Shown here: positions 18,066 through 28,186 of the stretch, in pieces
Layout of the letters: each line of letters starts with the position of its first letter
Position numbering within the stretch: position 1 is the stretch's first letter
Assembly: GCA_963808235.1 (NCBI GenBank)
Contig: CAWEEQ010000004.1
Location: 1,056,001-1,120,000 of the forward strand
Reading direction: 5' to 3'
Source: an uncultured delta proteobacterium
GTDB lineage: Bacteria > Desulfobacterota > Binatia > Binatales > Binataceae
Length of the DNA: 64,000 nucleotides
Notes under the pieces: generated by a model
What the model saw: only the letters and a program-made list of their open reading frames with translations
The model's database searches: none
Told to the model about the DNA's origin: nothing
Position numbers and translations under genes: made by a program

Positions 18066-20402
18066 ATGGTGTCTGCGAATGAAGTCGGCCGGAAAAACTC
18101 GGCCGCTCGCCGACTCTTCGAACTCGATCCCCTCCCTCCCGAACGATTGAAATTGGAAACCGCGCCGCGGGTCGACACCGTCGCGAGCTTCGTCCTGACC
18201 CGCGCCGCGGAGCACTCATGGCAAGTCCTCAATCAGCATCTCAGTCAGCCCCAAGGTGCGGTCTTCTGGATCGGCGGCCCAGCGGGATGCGGCAAAACCC
18301 ATTTCCTCGACTACGTCATCGCGCTGCAGAGTCAGGCCGGGGCACTCGAGGCCGAAAATGCGCGCCGTCTCATCTGCGGACTGGAGGTTGCCGAGCGAGC
18401 GCATCCCGAGCAACTTGAGCCACATCTGTTGCGCGTGATGGCCGAGCAAATCGGCGCAGATTATCGGTCCGGCAACTTATGGCAAGGCGTGCGCGGAGCG
18501 CCCGGATTGAAAATTGCCCTTGAAAACGCGCGGCGGATCGGCGTCCGCGCGGTCACGGTGGCAATCGATTTCGGACTTTCCGACTGCGAGACCGCGGCCG
18601 ATTTCTTCGCGGTGCTCGCGGAAGTCGCGGCGAAATTCAACCAGGTCAAGTTCACGGTAATCGCGGCGGGACGATCTGCCGCGCCGGCTATGACGCGTCA
18701 TCTCGAGGTGGCGCCGCGCGACTCGAGCGAGGAAATGATCGTCGCGCTCAAGCGCGCCCGCCGACTGACGGCAGATGCGGTACGCGCCGCCGATACTGCC
18801 TATGCCGGAGTCGACATAGCGGGATTCACCCCCGATGCGATCTTCCCATTCCATCCGGTGGCAATATCCGCGCTGAGATCGATTGCGGCTCCTACTCCCG
18901 CTACCATCGCGGCGCTGTCGCGGTTGGCGCGCGAGGCTCTCGCGACTCCGCCTGACGTTGAACATTCGCTCGACCCTCTGGTCTATCCGCCGGATCTCAC
19001 GATGAACCCGGCCATTTCGAAGCTGCTCGAGGTTCGCCTGGCTGAGCCGGCGCGAGCCGCGCTGAAAATTGCCCGCGATGCGCTCGCGCGATCGTTTGAG
19101 GACAATCACGCGGAGCTGGCACGTGAAATAATCGATACGCTGGTGCTCGAGCATGTATGCGGTGGAGCGAAGCCGCTTGCAATCGAAGAGTTGGGCTCGC
19201 GAATTCCAATGCTCGCGCGAAGCGGTCCCGCAGACGCATCGCCGACGGTCCGCTCTGTGCTTTGCCTTCTGGAAGCGCAGACTGGTGGCGTGATCCGGTT
19301 CGATGCGGACGCGGCCAGGTTCGACCCCGAGGCGGCAGGAGCGCCCGAGCTTGCGTCCTTCAACGCGTCGATTGCGCTGGTCCGACACTTCGATCCCATG
19401 CTCACACCCGCGCGTGAAAAGGACGGGCTTGCGAGTCGGCTTGAGCGACTCGAACGCGCACTGGCGCAAGCACTTGAGTCCGCGAATCGCACCCGCGAGA
19501 TGATTTCGGCGGCGCTTGGCGAATCGAATCTGCAGATGCCGGCGGCTCATCGCAATGCGATCGCGCAATATATCGAGCTTGCCGAATCAGGCACGGCCGC
19601 GATGCTCGAGACGATTGCGGATCCCTCTCGCCGTGATACCGCCCTACAGGTGATTGCGAACTACGATGCGCTGGCGGATACCGCCGCCGCAATTCCGCGG
19701 ATGCGTGCGATGCGCGAGTACCTGGCCGCGACCGGTTTGTACGCGTGGTCAGAGGTGGGTCGTCCGAGCGAGTCCGCCGTTGCCGCGCTGGAAACCGAAT
19801 GCGAGCTGCTCGCGGTCGAACTGGGTCCGAGAGTGCTGACCCGCGCGCCGCGAAGTCTCGACGCGCTCGAGGCGCGCTTTCAGCGCTTCAAGTGGACCTA
19901 CGTGCAGTGTTACCTAAGCGCTCACGAAAAGTGGCGAGCGAAGATGGAGCGCCTTGCGCTGCTGGCCGCCGACGCCTCGCGCTATCGCGACGCACTCGGC
20001 CGTCTCAACAAAATCGTCGCGCTCGGTCCGCCCGAAGGCGATGGGCTGTCCGCGCGGGTGACAGAGCTGACCGCGAGCGTGGTCCGATGCGAGCTGGCCG
20101 GTTCACTCGCGCCCGAGACCACGCCGCGATGTTCGAGTTGCGGCTTCATCCTCGGCGCGGCAGGCAAGGGCGCGGAGCTCGACGACGTGATGGAACTGCT
20201 CAAGCGTGGATTGGCGGTCAAGCTCGGCGCGCTATCGCAGAGCATGATCGCGCGGCTGATTCGGGAACATGATCGCGACAACCGGCTCGAAGGATTTCTC
20301 AGGATAACGCAAGCTTCGCAGACCGATGCGCTCGTGCGGGTGCTCGACGAAAACCTCGCCCGCTACCTGGCGCAGGTCCTCGACGACAATCTTAAACGAT
20401 GA
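18066..20402 (+). CDS. Large P-loop protein, divergent BrxC/DUF6079-like
   Basis: GPAGCGKTH Walker A; FPFHP; helical middle region; C-terminal C..CSSCGF. Confidence 0.6.
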   Translation: MVSANEVGRKNSAARRLFELDPLPPERLKLETAPRVDTVASFVLTRAAEHSWQVLNQHLSQPQGAVFWIGGPAGCGKTHFLDYVIALQSQAGALEAENARRLICGLEVAERAHPEQLEPHLLRVMAEQIGADYRSGNLWQGVRGAPGLKIALENARRIGVRAVTVAIDFGLSDCETAADFFAVLAEVAAKFNQVKFTVIAAGRSAAPAMTRHLEVAPRDSSEEMIVALKRARRLTADAVRAADTAYAGVDIAGFTPDAIFPFHPVAISALRSIAAPTPATIAALSRLAREALATPPDVEHSLDPLVYPPDLTMNPAISKLLEVRLAEPARAALKIARDALARSFEDNHAELAREIIDTLVLEHVCGGAKPLAIEELGSRIPMLARSGPADASPTVRSVLCLLEAQTGGVIRFDADAARFDPEAAGAPELASFNASIALVRHFDPMLTPAREKDGLASRLERLERALAQALESANRTREMISAALGESNLQMPAAHRNAIAQYIELAESGTAAMLETIADPSRRDTALQVIANYDALADTAAAIPRMRAMREYLAATGLYAWSEVGRPSESAVAALETECELLAVELGPRVLTRAPRSLDALEARFQRFKWTYVQCYLSAHEKWRAKMERLALLAADASRYRDALGRLNKIVALGPPEGDGLSARVTELTASVVRCELAGSLAPETTPRCSSCGFILGAAGKGAELDDVMELLKRGLAVKLGALSQSMIARLIREHDRDNRLEGFLRITQASQTDALVRVLDENLARYLAQVLDDNLKR

Positions 20403-20412
20403 GCCTGAGAAA

Positions 20413-20661
20413 CTAGGCGGCGGGCGTGCGCTTGCGAGGCCGGCCCGGAGGAAACGCGCTCGCACGTTTGTGGCGCGGCCGCACGTTGAAGCGATCGAGG
20501 ACGCGGAAGTATGCATCGCGGACAATTTCGAGACCCCACAGAAGCGTCAGGCCAAGTGTCCGGCCGACTCCGCCTGCGACTTCCATGAACAACTCGCGAC
20601 CGCGCAGGGACGCCGCTTGAACTTGCACCGGTGCTTTTTCTTCGCGCGTTTCCATTACCAT
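20413..20661 (-). CDS. Small hypothetical protein
   Basis: 82-aa ORF filling the gap between longer genes. Confidence 0.5.
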   Translation of the reverse strand: MVMETREEKAPVQVQAASLRGRELFMEVAGGVGRTLGLTLLWGLEIVRDAYFRVLDRFNVRPRHKRASAFPPGRPRKRTPAA

Positions 20662-20740
20662 CTACAGTAAGTGGCGAAACGCCCGCATGCAACGGGCGCT
20701 TCGCTACTCTTCAGATCGATCCAGGTCGCTGGTTAATTTC

Positions 20741-21538
20741 TCACGGCGATGGTGATGCGGCCGGCGATGCGCTCGCTCCGCCTTCGCTGGAACCGCCCAT
20801 CGGCAAGGTGATCGTCAGGTTGTCGAAACGGGCTTGCGAATCGTCGCTCGCCCACAGTCCGATCCTGCCTTTGGCGATCTTGTTGTCGTCGAAATCAAAT
20901 ATCATCTTGCCGTCGTCGTAACACATGAAGTGTCCGCCCTGCGCGGTGACCTTCAGCTTGTACCAGATGTCTTTGTCGGTCGGGACAACCATTTGCTTCA
21001 GTGTATCGAGTTTGCCATTCGACATCCGCGACAGCGCGAAGTAGTCAGTCGGACATCCCGCCGCTAGTACATAAAAATTCTTGTCGTCGACGTAGCGGAA
21101 AATCAGACCGCCCGAACAATCGAATCGGCCGCCCGCGGACATGAACGAGGCTTCAAGCGTGAAATCTGAATACTCAGTCGGTTCCGTCATCACCGCCATC
21201 GGATAGTACGCGAGCAAGTTGGTGAGCGACTTTATCCAGCTGCCGGTCCCGGTGGTTCCAAAAGTGTTGGGCTTGCTCGGCGCGGTAGGTTCGGGAATCA
21301 CCTGCCAATCGCCTTCGACCGCTTTCCATCCCGCGGGCACTGAGCCGGCTTTGTCGTCATCGAAATTCCAGACGTGAACTTCAGGCGTCGGCGTGGCCGT
21401 CGGCGTCAGCGTGGCAGTCGGCTCGACTGCTTTTCTTTTTGGCTTGGATTGAGCCGGCGGACTGACCACTAGCACGATCACCAATGCACCCGCTCCGACC
21501 ACTGCGGCGCTGCGCAGCCAAGAATTTCCCGTCATCAT
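20741..21538 (-). CDS. Secreted DUF1080 / concanavalin-like beta-sandwich protein
   Basis: Signal anchor, PT linker, GGLIFRYVD, WYKLKV, GRIGLW..ARFDNL. Confidence 0.75.
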   Translation of the reverse strand: MMTGNSWLRSAAVVGAGALVIVLVVSPPAQSKPKRKAVEPTATLTPTATPTPEVHVWNFDDDKAGSVPAGWKAVEGDWQVIPEPTAPSKPNTFGTTGTGSWIKSLTNLLAYYPMAVMTEPTEYSDFTLEASFMSAGGRFDCSGGLIFRYVDDKNFYVLAAGCPTDYFALSRMSNGKLDTLKQMVVPTDKDIWYKLKVTAQGGHFMCYDDGKMIFDFDDNKIAKGRIGLWASDDSQARFDNLTITLPMGGSSEGGASASPAASPSP

Positions 21539-21773
21539 CTATTCTCGCTCCGACCTTTCTTGCTCAAGACGTTAGGTGCTGGATTCAGACCAGAGAATCG
21601 GCGCGAGTTTCGCCAATGAATGCGGTCCCTGTCAAGCTACGGTTCCCGATGCATCTCATATTTCTGCTGCGACCGCTGCGCCGAACTCGCCATTAGCTAG
21701 TTTCGCTTTTTATTCGTCTTACTGGCTATTGCGCTCAATACTCAGTTTATTATCACGCGATGACTCAATTTAC

Positions 21774-21827
21774 TTGACTAGAGTGGGACAGAGTGGGATG
21801 TTGTGGGGAATCGGGGAGGAGTGGGGA
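21774..21827 (+). promoter_or_regulatory. dcw promoter with MraZ boxes
   Basis: TTGACT -35 followed by GTGGG-like units at ~10-bp spacing, directly before the mraZ GTG. Confidence 0.8.
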
Positions 21828-22277
21828 GTGTTCACTGGTCGTTTCGACCATTCGATCGATGAAAAAGGACGGGTGAGTATCCCGGCCCGCTTTCGCGACG
21901 TTCTCCAACGCGAGAATCACGATCGTCTATATATCACAGGTTTTCCGAACGACGGGCAACGTTACCTGGCGCTCTATCCGCCGAGCCAGTGGGACGTGCT
22001 CAACGCCAGTCTCAGAAACAAGCCGCGCTTCGATCCGGCGGTGCAAAGGTTCGAGACCGTGGTTATCGGCGGCGCGCACGAGGTGCCGGTGGACCGGCAG
22101 GGGCGGATCCTCCTTCCGCCGAAGCTTCGATTGTTTGCGGGGCTCGATCGCGAAGTAACTTTTTCGGCGCGGCAGGATCATTTTCAACTTTGGGACAAGA
22201 ATCTCCTCGAGAAAGTTTTGAAAGCGACCGAGGAGAAGATGATGGAACCGGATTTTTACGCGAAGCTGGGTCTCTGA
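21828..22277 (+). CDS. mraZ: Transcriptional regulator MraZ
   Basis: FTGRFDHSIDEKGRVSIP and VDRQGRILLP; first gene of the dcw cluster. Confidence 0.95.
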   Translation: MFTGRFDHSIDEKGRVSIPARFRDVLQRENHDRLYITGFPNDGQRYLALYPPSQWDVLNASLRNKPRFDPAVQRFETVVIGGAHEVPVDRQGRILLPPKLRLFAGLDREVTFSARQDHFQLWDKNLLEKVLKATEEKMMEPDFYAKLGL

Positions 22278-22282
22278 CGAGG

Positions 22283-23203
22283 ATGAGTCTCGCGGCGATA
22301 AACGAAGACGACGCGGCGGACCGGATGCATGTGCCGGTGATGGTGGAGGAGGTGTGCGGGCTGCTGTCCGCACACGGTCCGCTCGCGTTCGTCGACGTGA
22401 CGGTTGGCACTGGAGGGCATGCGGCGGCGATGCTGCGCGCGACCTCGGCACGGATGCTGGGAATCGATCGCGATGCTGCCGCGCTGCAAGCTGCGCGCGA
22501 GCGGCTCGCGGAATTCGGCGATCGCGTCATATTGCAGCGCGCCGACTTCAGCGAAATCTCCGCGGTGATGAAGCAGTCGGGCTTTGACGGCGCCGACGCA
22601 ATACTCGCGGACCTCGGGATGAGCAGCTATGCGCTCGACGATCCGCAACGTGGATTTTCTTTCCGGCTCGACGGGCCGCTCGACATGCGGATGGACGATC
22701 GGCAGACGGTGCGGGCTTACGACATCGTGAACGAAGAGAGCGCCGAGGAACTCGCGCGCATCATCTATACGTACGGCGAGGAGCGTGCGTCGCGGCGGAT
22801 CGCGAAACTGGTTGCCGACGCCCGGCGCAAGCATCCGATCGAGACCACCGGCGAATTGCGCGCAATCGTCGAGCGCGCCCTGGGAGCGCGACGGCGGGGC
22901 GGAGCGCATCCCGCGACCCGCACCTTCCAGGCGCTCCGAATCGCCGTCAATCGCGAGATGGAGAGTCTCGCCGCGCTGCTGCGCGACGGTCCCGCGATGC
23001 TTAATCCGGGCGGCCGGATGCTGTTTATCTCTTACCATTCGCTCGAGGACCGTCCGGTCAAAGAGCGCTTTCGCGAGTTGGTCCGCGCCGGCGGATACAC
23101 CGCGATCGCACGCAAAGTTATAAAGCCTTCCGCGGCGGAAACCGCGCGCAACCCGCGCGCGCGCAGCGCACGGGTCCGATGTATCGAACGGAGCGCATCA
23201 TGA
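22283..23203 (+). CDS. rsmH: 16S rRNA m4C1402 methyltransferase
   Basis: HVPVM, GTGGHA, GPLDMRMD, TFQALRIAVN, HSLED, NPRARSA. Confidence 0.96.
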   Translation: MSLAAINEDDAADRMHVPVMVEEVCGLLSAHGPLAFVDVTVGTGGHAAAMLRATSARMLGIDRDAAALQAARERLAEFGDRVILQRADFSEISAVMKQSGFDGADAILADLGMSSYALDDPQRGFSFRLDGPLDMRMDDRQTVRAYDIVNEESAEELARIIYTYGEERASRRIAKLVADARRKHPIETTGELRAIVERALGARRRGGAHPATRTFQALRIAVNREMESLAALLRDGPAMLNPGGRMLFISYHSLEDRPVKERFRELVRAGGYTAIARKVIKPSAAETARNPRARSARVRCIERSAS

Positions 23204-23487
23204 AAGTGCGGCCCAAACCGACCCGCCGTCCTTCGAAGCTCGTCCCGGCTGTGCTGGGCATGCTGATCGCGGCCGTCGGCTTCACGACCCTGATGGTTCG
23301 CCTCGAATTGACGCGCGAAGGCTACCGGCTTTCAGCGCTGCACGAAGAGATCGCCAGGTTGCAGGACACCAATCGCGGGCTCAGGCTCGAGGCTGCGCAG
23401 CTGAGCTCGCAGGGACGATTGCGCGCACTCGCGCCGAGATATCATCTCGCGCCGCCGGGCCGCGGTCAGGTGGTGATGCTCCCATGA
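23200..23487 (+). CDS. ftsL: Cell division protein FtsL
   Basis: Single TM plus coiled coil, between rsmH and ftsI. Confidence 0.8.
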   Translation: MKVRPKPTRRPSKLVPAVLGMLIAAVGFTTLMVRLELTREGYRLSALHEEIARLQDTNRGLRLEAAQLSSQGRLRALAPRYHLAPPGRGQVVMLP

Positions 23488-25532
23488 ACACATCGTTCAA
23501 GCAGCGGCGCGGGCGAATCGGAGCGCTTACGCTCGTGCTCGCGGGTCTGTTCGCATTCGCGATGATTCGCCTGGTCGTGCTGGTGGCATTCGACGGCGCG
23601 CGACTCAACTCGCTCGCGGTTAACGAGCATAGCGGCGAGACCAGGCTGGCCGCGGTGCGCGGACCGATTGTCGATCGCAACGGCGAGCCGCTGGCGCTCT
23701 CTGCGGAAACGCGATCGGTGTACGCGCGCCCGCATCGAGTGCTCGAGATGAGCACGCCCGAGGAGCGCGCCCGACTCGCGAAGATTCTCGGTCTCAGGCT
23801 GATCGAGCTCAATGAGAAACTGAATACCAATGCGCCATTCGTATGGCTCGAACGGCGGATTGCTCCCGAGCAGGCGCAGGCGGCGGAAGCGCTCGGGATC
23901 GACGGAATCGGCTCGCTTAGCGAATACAAACGGTTTTACCCGGGGAGCAACCTGGCCGCGTCGGTGGTGGGGTTGTCGGGGATGGACGGCCAGGGGCTCT
24001 CCGGCTTGGAGTTGCAATACGATCGGTTGGCGCGCGGCGAGGCTGTCGAGCTGAGCTTCTATCATGATGCCCTGGGGCATCCGATTTTCGACAGCCCGCT
24101 TGCGCTCAAAGCGCCCGAACCTGGCGCGCAGCTCGAACTGACAATCGACTCGTCGATTCAGTCGCTGGCGGAGACCGAGTTGGCGGCTGAAGTTCAGCAG
24201 AGCGGCGCCAAGCGCGGCAGCGCGATCGTGCTCGATCCATTCACCGGCGAGGTGATGGCGATGGCGAACGTCGGCGCCGGTCCCGACAGCGTTCACGATC
24301 GTCTTCACAATCCCGCGGTGCAGGACGCGTTCGAGCCGGGCTCCACGATGAAGGGAATTCTTGGCTCGATCGCGCTCGCGGATCACGCGATCACACTCGA
24401 CAAGCAGATTTTTTGCGAGAATGGCCGCTTCACGATCGATCGGCGCACCATCCATGATCACAGCTCGCATGGATGGCTGAATCTCGGCGGAATTATCGAG
24501 GTGTCGTCGAATATCGGCGCGGCAAAAATCGCGCTGACGCTCGGCTCCGAGCGCTACTACGAAGGGCTGCGCGCATTCGGAATCGGATCGAGGACCGGGA
24601 TCGACCTGCCCGGTGAAGCGGCCGGACTGCTGAACAAACCGGCCGGATGGAAAGAAATAGATCTCGCCAATCATGGATTCGGTCAGGGTGTTGCGGTGAC
24701 GCCGATCCAGCTCGCGGTCGCATACGCGGCAATCGCCAACGGCGGAAATATCGTGCGGCCATATGTCGTGCGGGGCGCCTACGACGCGGAGGGCCGCGCA
24801 CTGTTGACCCATACGCCGCAGGTGATCAATCGCGCGATCGCGCCTGACACGGCTCATCAGATGAACCTGCTGCTGCGCAACGTCGTGATGTCCGACGGCG
24901 GCACCGCCGCGAAGGCCCGCGTCGACGGCTTTATCGTGGCCGGCAAGACCGGCACCGCGCAGATGGTAAATCCGGAAAACGGCACCTATTTTCAGAATCG
25001 GCATGTGTCGTCGTTCGTGGGATTTCTGCCCGCGGACGATCCGCGCCTGCTGATCCTGGTGGTTTTGTACGATGTTGGCCACGAGCATTTCGGCGGCCTG
25101 GTCGCGGCGCCCGTCTTCAGCGAAATCGCTCAAGGTGCGGTTCGCGACCTGAACATTACCGCGCCCGCGCAACCGTACGACGTGGCGAGCGTCATTCCAT
25201 TAGCGGAGTCCAGCGTGAATGCGACGGGCAACATCGTGACACAGCCTTCGACCGAGGTCGACGACTATCTGCCCGTGCTGACCGGATCGAAACTGACTCG
25301 CGCCACTCCGAACTTTTCCGGCCTGAGCTTGCGCAGCGCGATCGATCTCGCGCGCGTCTCGCGGGTCAATGTCGATGTGCACGGCGCCGGTTACGTCGTC
25401 GCGCAAGAACCGGAGGCGGGCAGCGCGCTAAATCACTCGACGATAAAGTTGACACTCGCGACGTCGGCCGAATCGGAAATCGTCAGAGCTTCGTACGCAA
25501 GCAACGGCATCGGCCCGGCCGGGAGAAAGTGA
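23484..25532 (+). CDS. ftsI: Peptidoglycan transpeptidase PBP3 with C-terminal PASTA domain
   Basis: RGPIVDRNG, STMK, SSN and KTG motifs. Confidence 0.95.
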   Translation: MNTSFKQRRGRIGALTLVLAGLFAFAMIRLVVLVAFDGARLNSLAVNEHSGETRLAAVRGPIVDRNGEPLALSAETRSVYARPHRVLEMSTPEERARLAKILGLRLIELNEKLNTNAPFVWLERRIAPEQAQAAEALGIDGIGSLSEYKRFYPGSNLAASVVGLSGMDGQGLSGLELQYDRLARGEAVELSFYHDALGHPIFDSPLALKAPEPGAQLELTIDSSIQSLAETELAAEVQQSGAKRGSAIVLDPFTGEVMAMANVGAGPDSVHDRLHNPAVQDAFEPGSTMKGILGSIALADHAITLDKQIFCENGRFTIDRRTIHDHSSHGWLNLGGIIEVSSNIGAAKIALTLGSERYYEGLRAFGIGSRTGIDLPGEAAGLLNKPAGWKEIDLANHGFGQGVAVTPIQLAVAYAAIANGGNIVRPYVVRGAYDAEGRALLTHTPQVINRAIAPDTAHQMNLLLRNVVMSDGGTAAKARVDGFIVAGKTGTAQMVNPENGTYFQNRHVSSFVGFLPADDPRLLILVVLYDVGHEHFGGLVAAPVFSEIAQGAVRDLNITAPAQPYDVASVIPLAESSVNATGNIVTQPSTEVDDYLPVLTGSKLTRATPNFSGLSLRSAIDLARVSRVNVDVHGAGYVVAQEPEAGSALNHSTIKLTLATSAESEIVRASYASNGIGPAGRK

Positions 25533-27085
25533 AACTTGGTGAATTATTGGCGAGTCTCGACGTCCGTACGGACGGAGACTTAGACGTGGAGATCACGGGC
25601 CTCAGCTACGATTCGCGACAGAGCAGGCCCGGTCATCTGTACTTCTCGATGGCCCGCGATGCGGAGAGGAATCGGGCCAACATTGACGATGCATTAAATC
25701 GCGGAGCGCGCGCAGTGGTGGTGCGAGGTGGAGATGGTGGTGGGCTGGCGCGCCCCGCGGTGACCTTGGTAACGAGCGAGCGGCCGCGCCTGCTGATGGG
25801 CGCGGTCGCGTCGCGTTTTTTCGGCGCGCCGAGCGAACGCGTCGATCTGATCGGGATCACCGGCACTGCCGGCAAGACCACGACCTCATATATTCTCGCG
25901 TCGATCTTCGAAGCGGCGGGGATGCCGGCCGGGATCATCGGCACCATCGGCATTTTCCTCTCGGGAAAGAAAATCTACAGCGGGCTTACGACGCCCGAGT
26001 CGATCGACTTCGAGTCGGCGCTCGCGCGTATGGAAAGCGAGGGCGTGCAACACGTCGCGGCGGAAGTCTCGTCGATTGGAATCGCGGAAGGACGCGTCGA
26101 CGCGCTGCGCTTGCGCGCCTGCATGTTCACCAACCTGGGCCGCGACCATCTCGACTATCACGGCACGATGGAGAATTACTTCGCCGCCAAGTTGCGGCTC
26201 TTCACGGAGATACTTCCACGCGGTCGCGCGAACTCAGTTGCGATAGTTCGCGGCGACGATCCGTATGGCCGGCGCGTGCTCGACGCGGTCAAGACTTCAA
26301 AGCTGAGTTTCGGATTGGATCGGTCGCTCGACGTTCATCCGGAGAATTTCTCGACGGACATGAATGGAATTCACGCGACGCTTTCCGTGCTCGGAAAAAA
26401 AATAGAGATCGATTCGCCGCTGATCGGCGAAATCAACCTGCTCAATATCCTCGGCGCGTCGGCTCTGTCGGCGGCCCTGGGTATCGAATCGGAGGCGGTG
26501 GCGGATGGTGTGCGGCGATGCCCAGGGGCCCCCGGCAGACTCGAAGCGGTTCACGCAAAGCCGGGGGTAACCGTGTTGGTCGACTATGCGCACAAGCCCG
26601 ACTCGCTCGAGGCGGTGCTGGCGACGCTGGTGAAGTTGCGGACCGGCAAGGTCATCTGCGTATTCGGATGCGGCGGCGATCGCGATCGCGGCAAGCGGCC
26701 GATAATGGGCGAAATCGCGGGACGGATTGCCGACCTGCCGGTTCTTACTTCCGACAATCCTCGCAGCGAAGATCCACTTGCGATAATTGCGGAAGTGGAA
26801 GAGGGATTGATCGCGGCAGGCCGCGAACGAATCGACTACCGTGATGCGTCGGCTGAAAAGTTTGCCGAAAAATTCCACCGCTCAGCGGGACGCGGATATA
26901 TCGTGGAGCCGGATCGGCGCAGCGCGATTGCCGCGGCGCTCAGAATCGCGAATCGTGGCGATGCGGTGCTGGTCGCGGGCAAAGGACACGAGGACTACCA
27001 ACTGGTGGGCGGGCGGGTACTCAAATTCGACGACCGGGTAGTGGTCCGCGAGATTGCGGCAGAACTCGGCGGCGGGCAGAGTTGA
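25529..27085 (+). CDS. murE: UDP-MurNAc-dipeptide:meso-DAP ligase
   Basis: GITGTAGKTT, DHLDYH, VDYAH, DNPR, GKGHE. Confidence 0.96.
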   Translation: MKLGELLASLDVRTDGDLDVEITGLSYDSRQSRPGHLYFSMARDAERNRANIDDALNRGARAVVVRGGDGGGLARPAVTLVTSERPRLLMGAVASRFFGAPSERVDLIGITGTAGKTTTSYILASIFEAAGMPAGIIGTIGIFLSGKKIYSGLTTPESIDFESALARMESEGVQHVAAEVSSIGIAEGRVDALRLRACMFTNLGRDHLDYHGTMENYFAAKLRLFTEILPRGRANSVAIVRGDDPYGRRVLDAVKTSKLSFGLDRSLDVHPENFSTDMNGIHATLSVLGKKIEIDSPLIGEINLLNILGASALSAALGIESEAVADGVRRCPGAPGRLEAVHAKPGVTVLVDYAHKPDSLEAVLATLVKLRTGKVICVFGCGGDRDRGKRPIMGEIAGRIADLPVLTSDNPRSEDPLAIIAEVEEGLIAAGRERIDYRDASAEKFAEKFHRSAGRGYIVEPDRRSAIAAALRIANRGDAVLVAGKGHEDYQLVGGRVLKFDDRVVVREIAAELGGGQS

Positions 27086-27106
27086 GAGACTCGGGGGCCG
27101 CGCGCG

Positions 27107-28186
27107 ATGCTCTACCTGCTGCTCTACCCACTGCACAAATATTATTCCGGCTTCAACGCACTTCGATACGAGACGCTCCGTTCGGTGTTGGCCGGCTTGG
27201 CGGCGCTGGCGCTGTCGTTGGCTCTGGGACCGGTCCTGATCGAACGGTTCCGCACGCTGCATATCGGCCAGACGATTCGCGAAGTCGTTCCGCAGGCGCA
27301 TCAGAAGAAAGCCGGCACGCCGACGATGGGCGGTTTGCTGATCGTGGCGTCGATGCTGGCGGCGACCTTTCTGCTCGCCAACATTTTAAATCCGTACGTC
27401 TGGATCGCGATTTTCGTGACGCTGACCTTCGGCGCGATCGGCTTCAGCGACGACTACTTCAAGCTCGCGCGCGGCAAGGGACTCGGGCTGAGCGGCCCGG
27501 CAAAGCTGGTGTGGTCGTTCTCGTGCGCGTTCGTCGCGGCGGCTTGGCTGTTTCTGTATCTCGGCTTCGACACACATCTGACGGTGCCGTTCCTGAAGAA
27601 CGTGCATCCCGATCTGCACACGTGGCTGTATATTCCGTTCGCGATGCTGGTGATCGTGGGATGCTCGCATGCGGTGAATCTGACCGACGGGCTCGACGGT
27701 CTGGCGATTGGGCCGGTGATGACGGTGGCGGCAACCTACTGGGTGTTCACGTGGCTCGCCGGTAACATCAGGCTCGCGGGCTATCTGCAAATCCCATACA
27801 TCGCGAATGTCGGCGAGGTCGCGATTTTCTGTATGTCGATGATCGCAGCATCGCTCGGCTTCCTGTGGTTCAACGCGTACCCGGCTTCGATGATGATGGG
27901 CGACGTCGGCGCGCTCTCACTGGGCGCTGCGATCGGTACGGTCGCGGTGCTCGCGAAGCAGGAGTTGGCGTTGATCTTCGCCGGAGGAGTTTTCGTCGCG
28001 GAGGCGGCGTCAACGATCATTCAGCGCTACTATTTCAAAGCAACGGGTAAACGGTTTTTCCTGATGGCGCCGCTGCACCATCATTTTGAACTCAAGGGCA
28101 TCCCCGAAACCGTGGTCGTGATCAGATTCTGGATCGTATCGATCATCTGCGCGCTGGTCGCGCTGAGTACGCTGAAGCTGCGTTGA
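27107..28186 (+). CDS. mraY: Phospho-MurNAc-pentapeptide transferase
   Basis: KAGTPTMGG, NLTDGLDGL, MAPLHHHFE. Confidence 0.97.
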   Translation: MLYLLLYPLHKYYSGFNALRYETLRSVLAGLAALALSLALGPVLIERFRTLHIGQTIREVVPQAHQKKAGTPTMGGLLIVASMLAATFLLANILNPYVWIAIFVTLTFGAIGFSDDYFKLARGKGLGLSGPAKLVWSFSCAFVAAAWLFLYLGFDTHLTVPFLKNVHPDLHTWLYIPFAMLVIVGCSHAVNLTDGLDGLAIGPVMTVAATYWVFTWLAGNIRLAGYLQIPYIANVGEVAIFCMSMIAASLGFLWFNAYPASMMMGDVGALSLGAAIGTVAVLAKQELALIFAGGVFVAEAASTIIQRYYFKATGKRFFLMAPLHHHFELKGIPETVVVIRFWIVSIICALVALSTLKLR

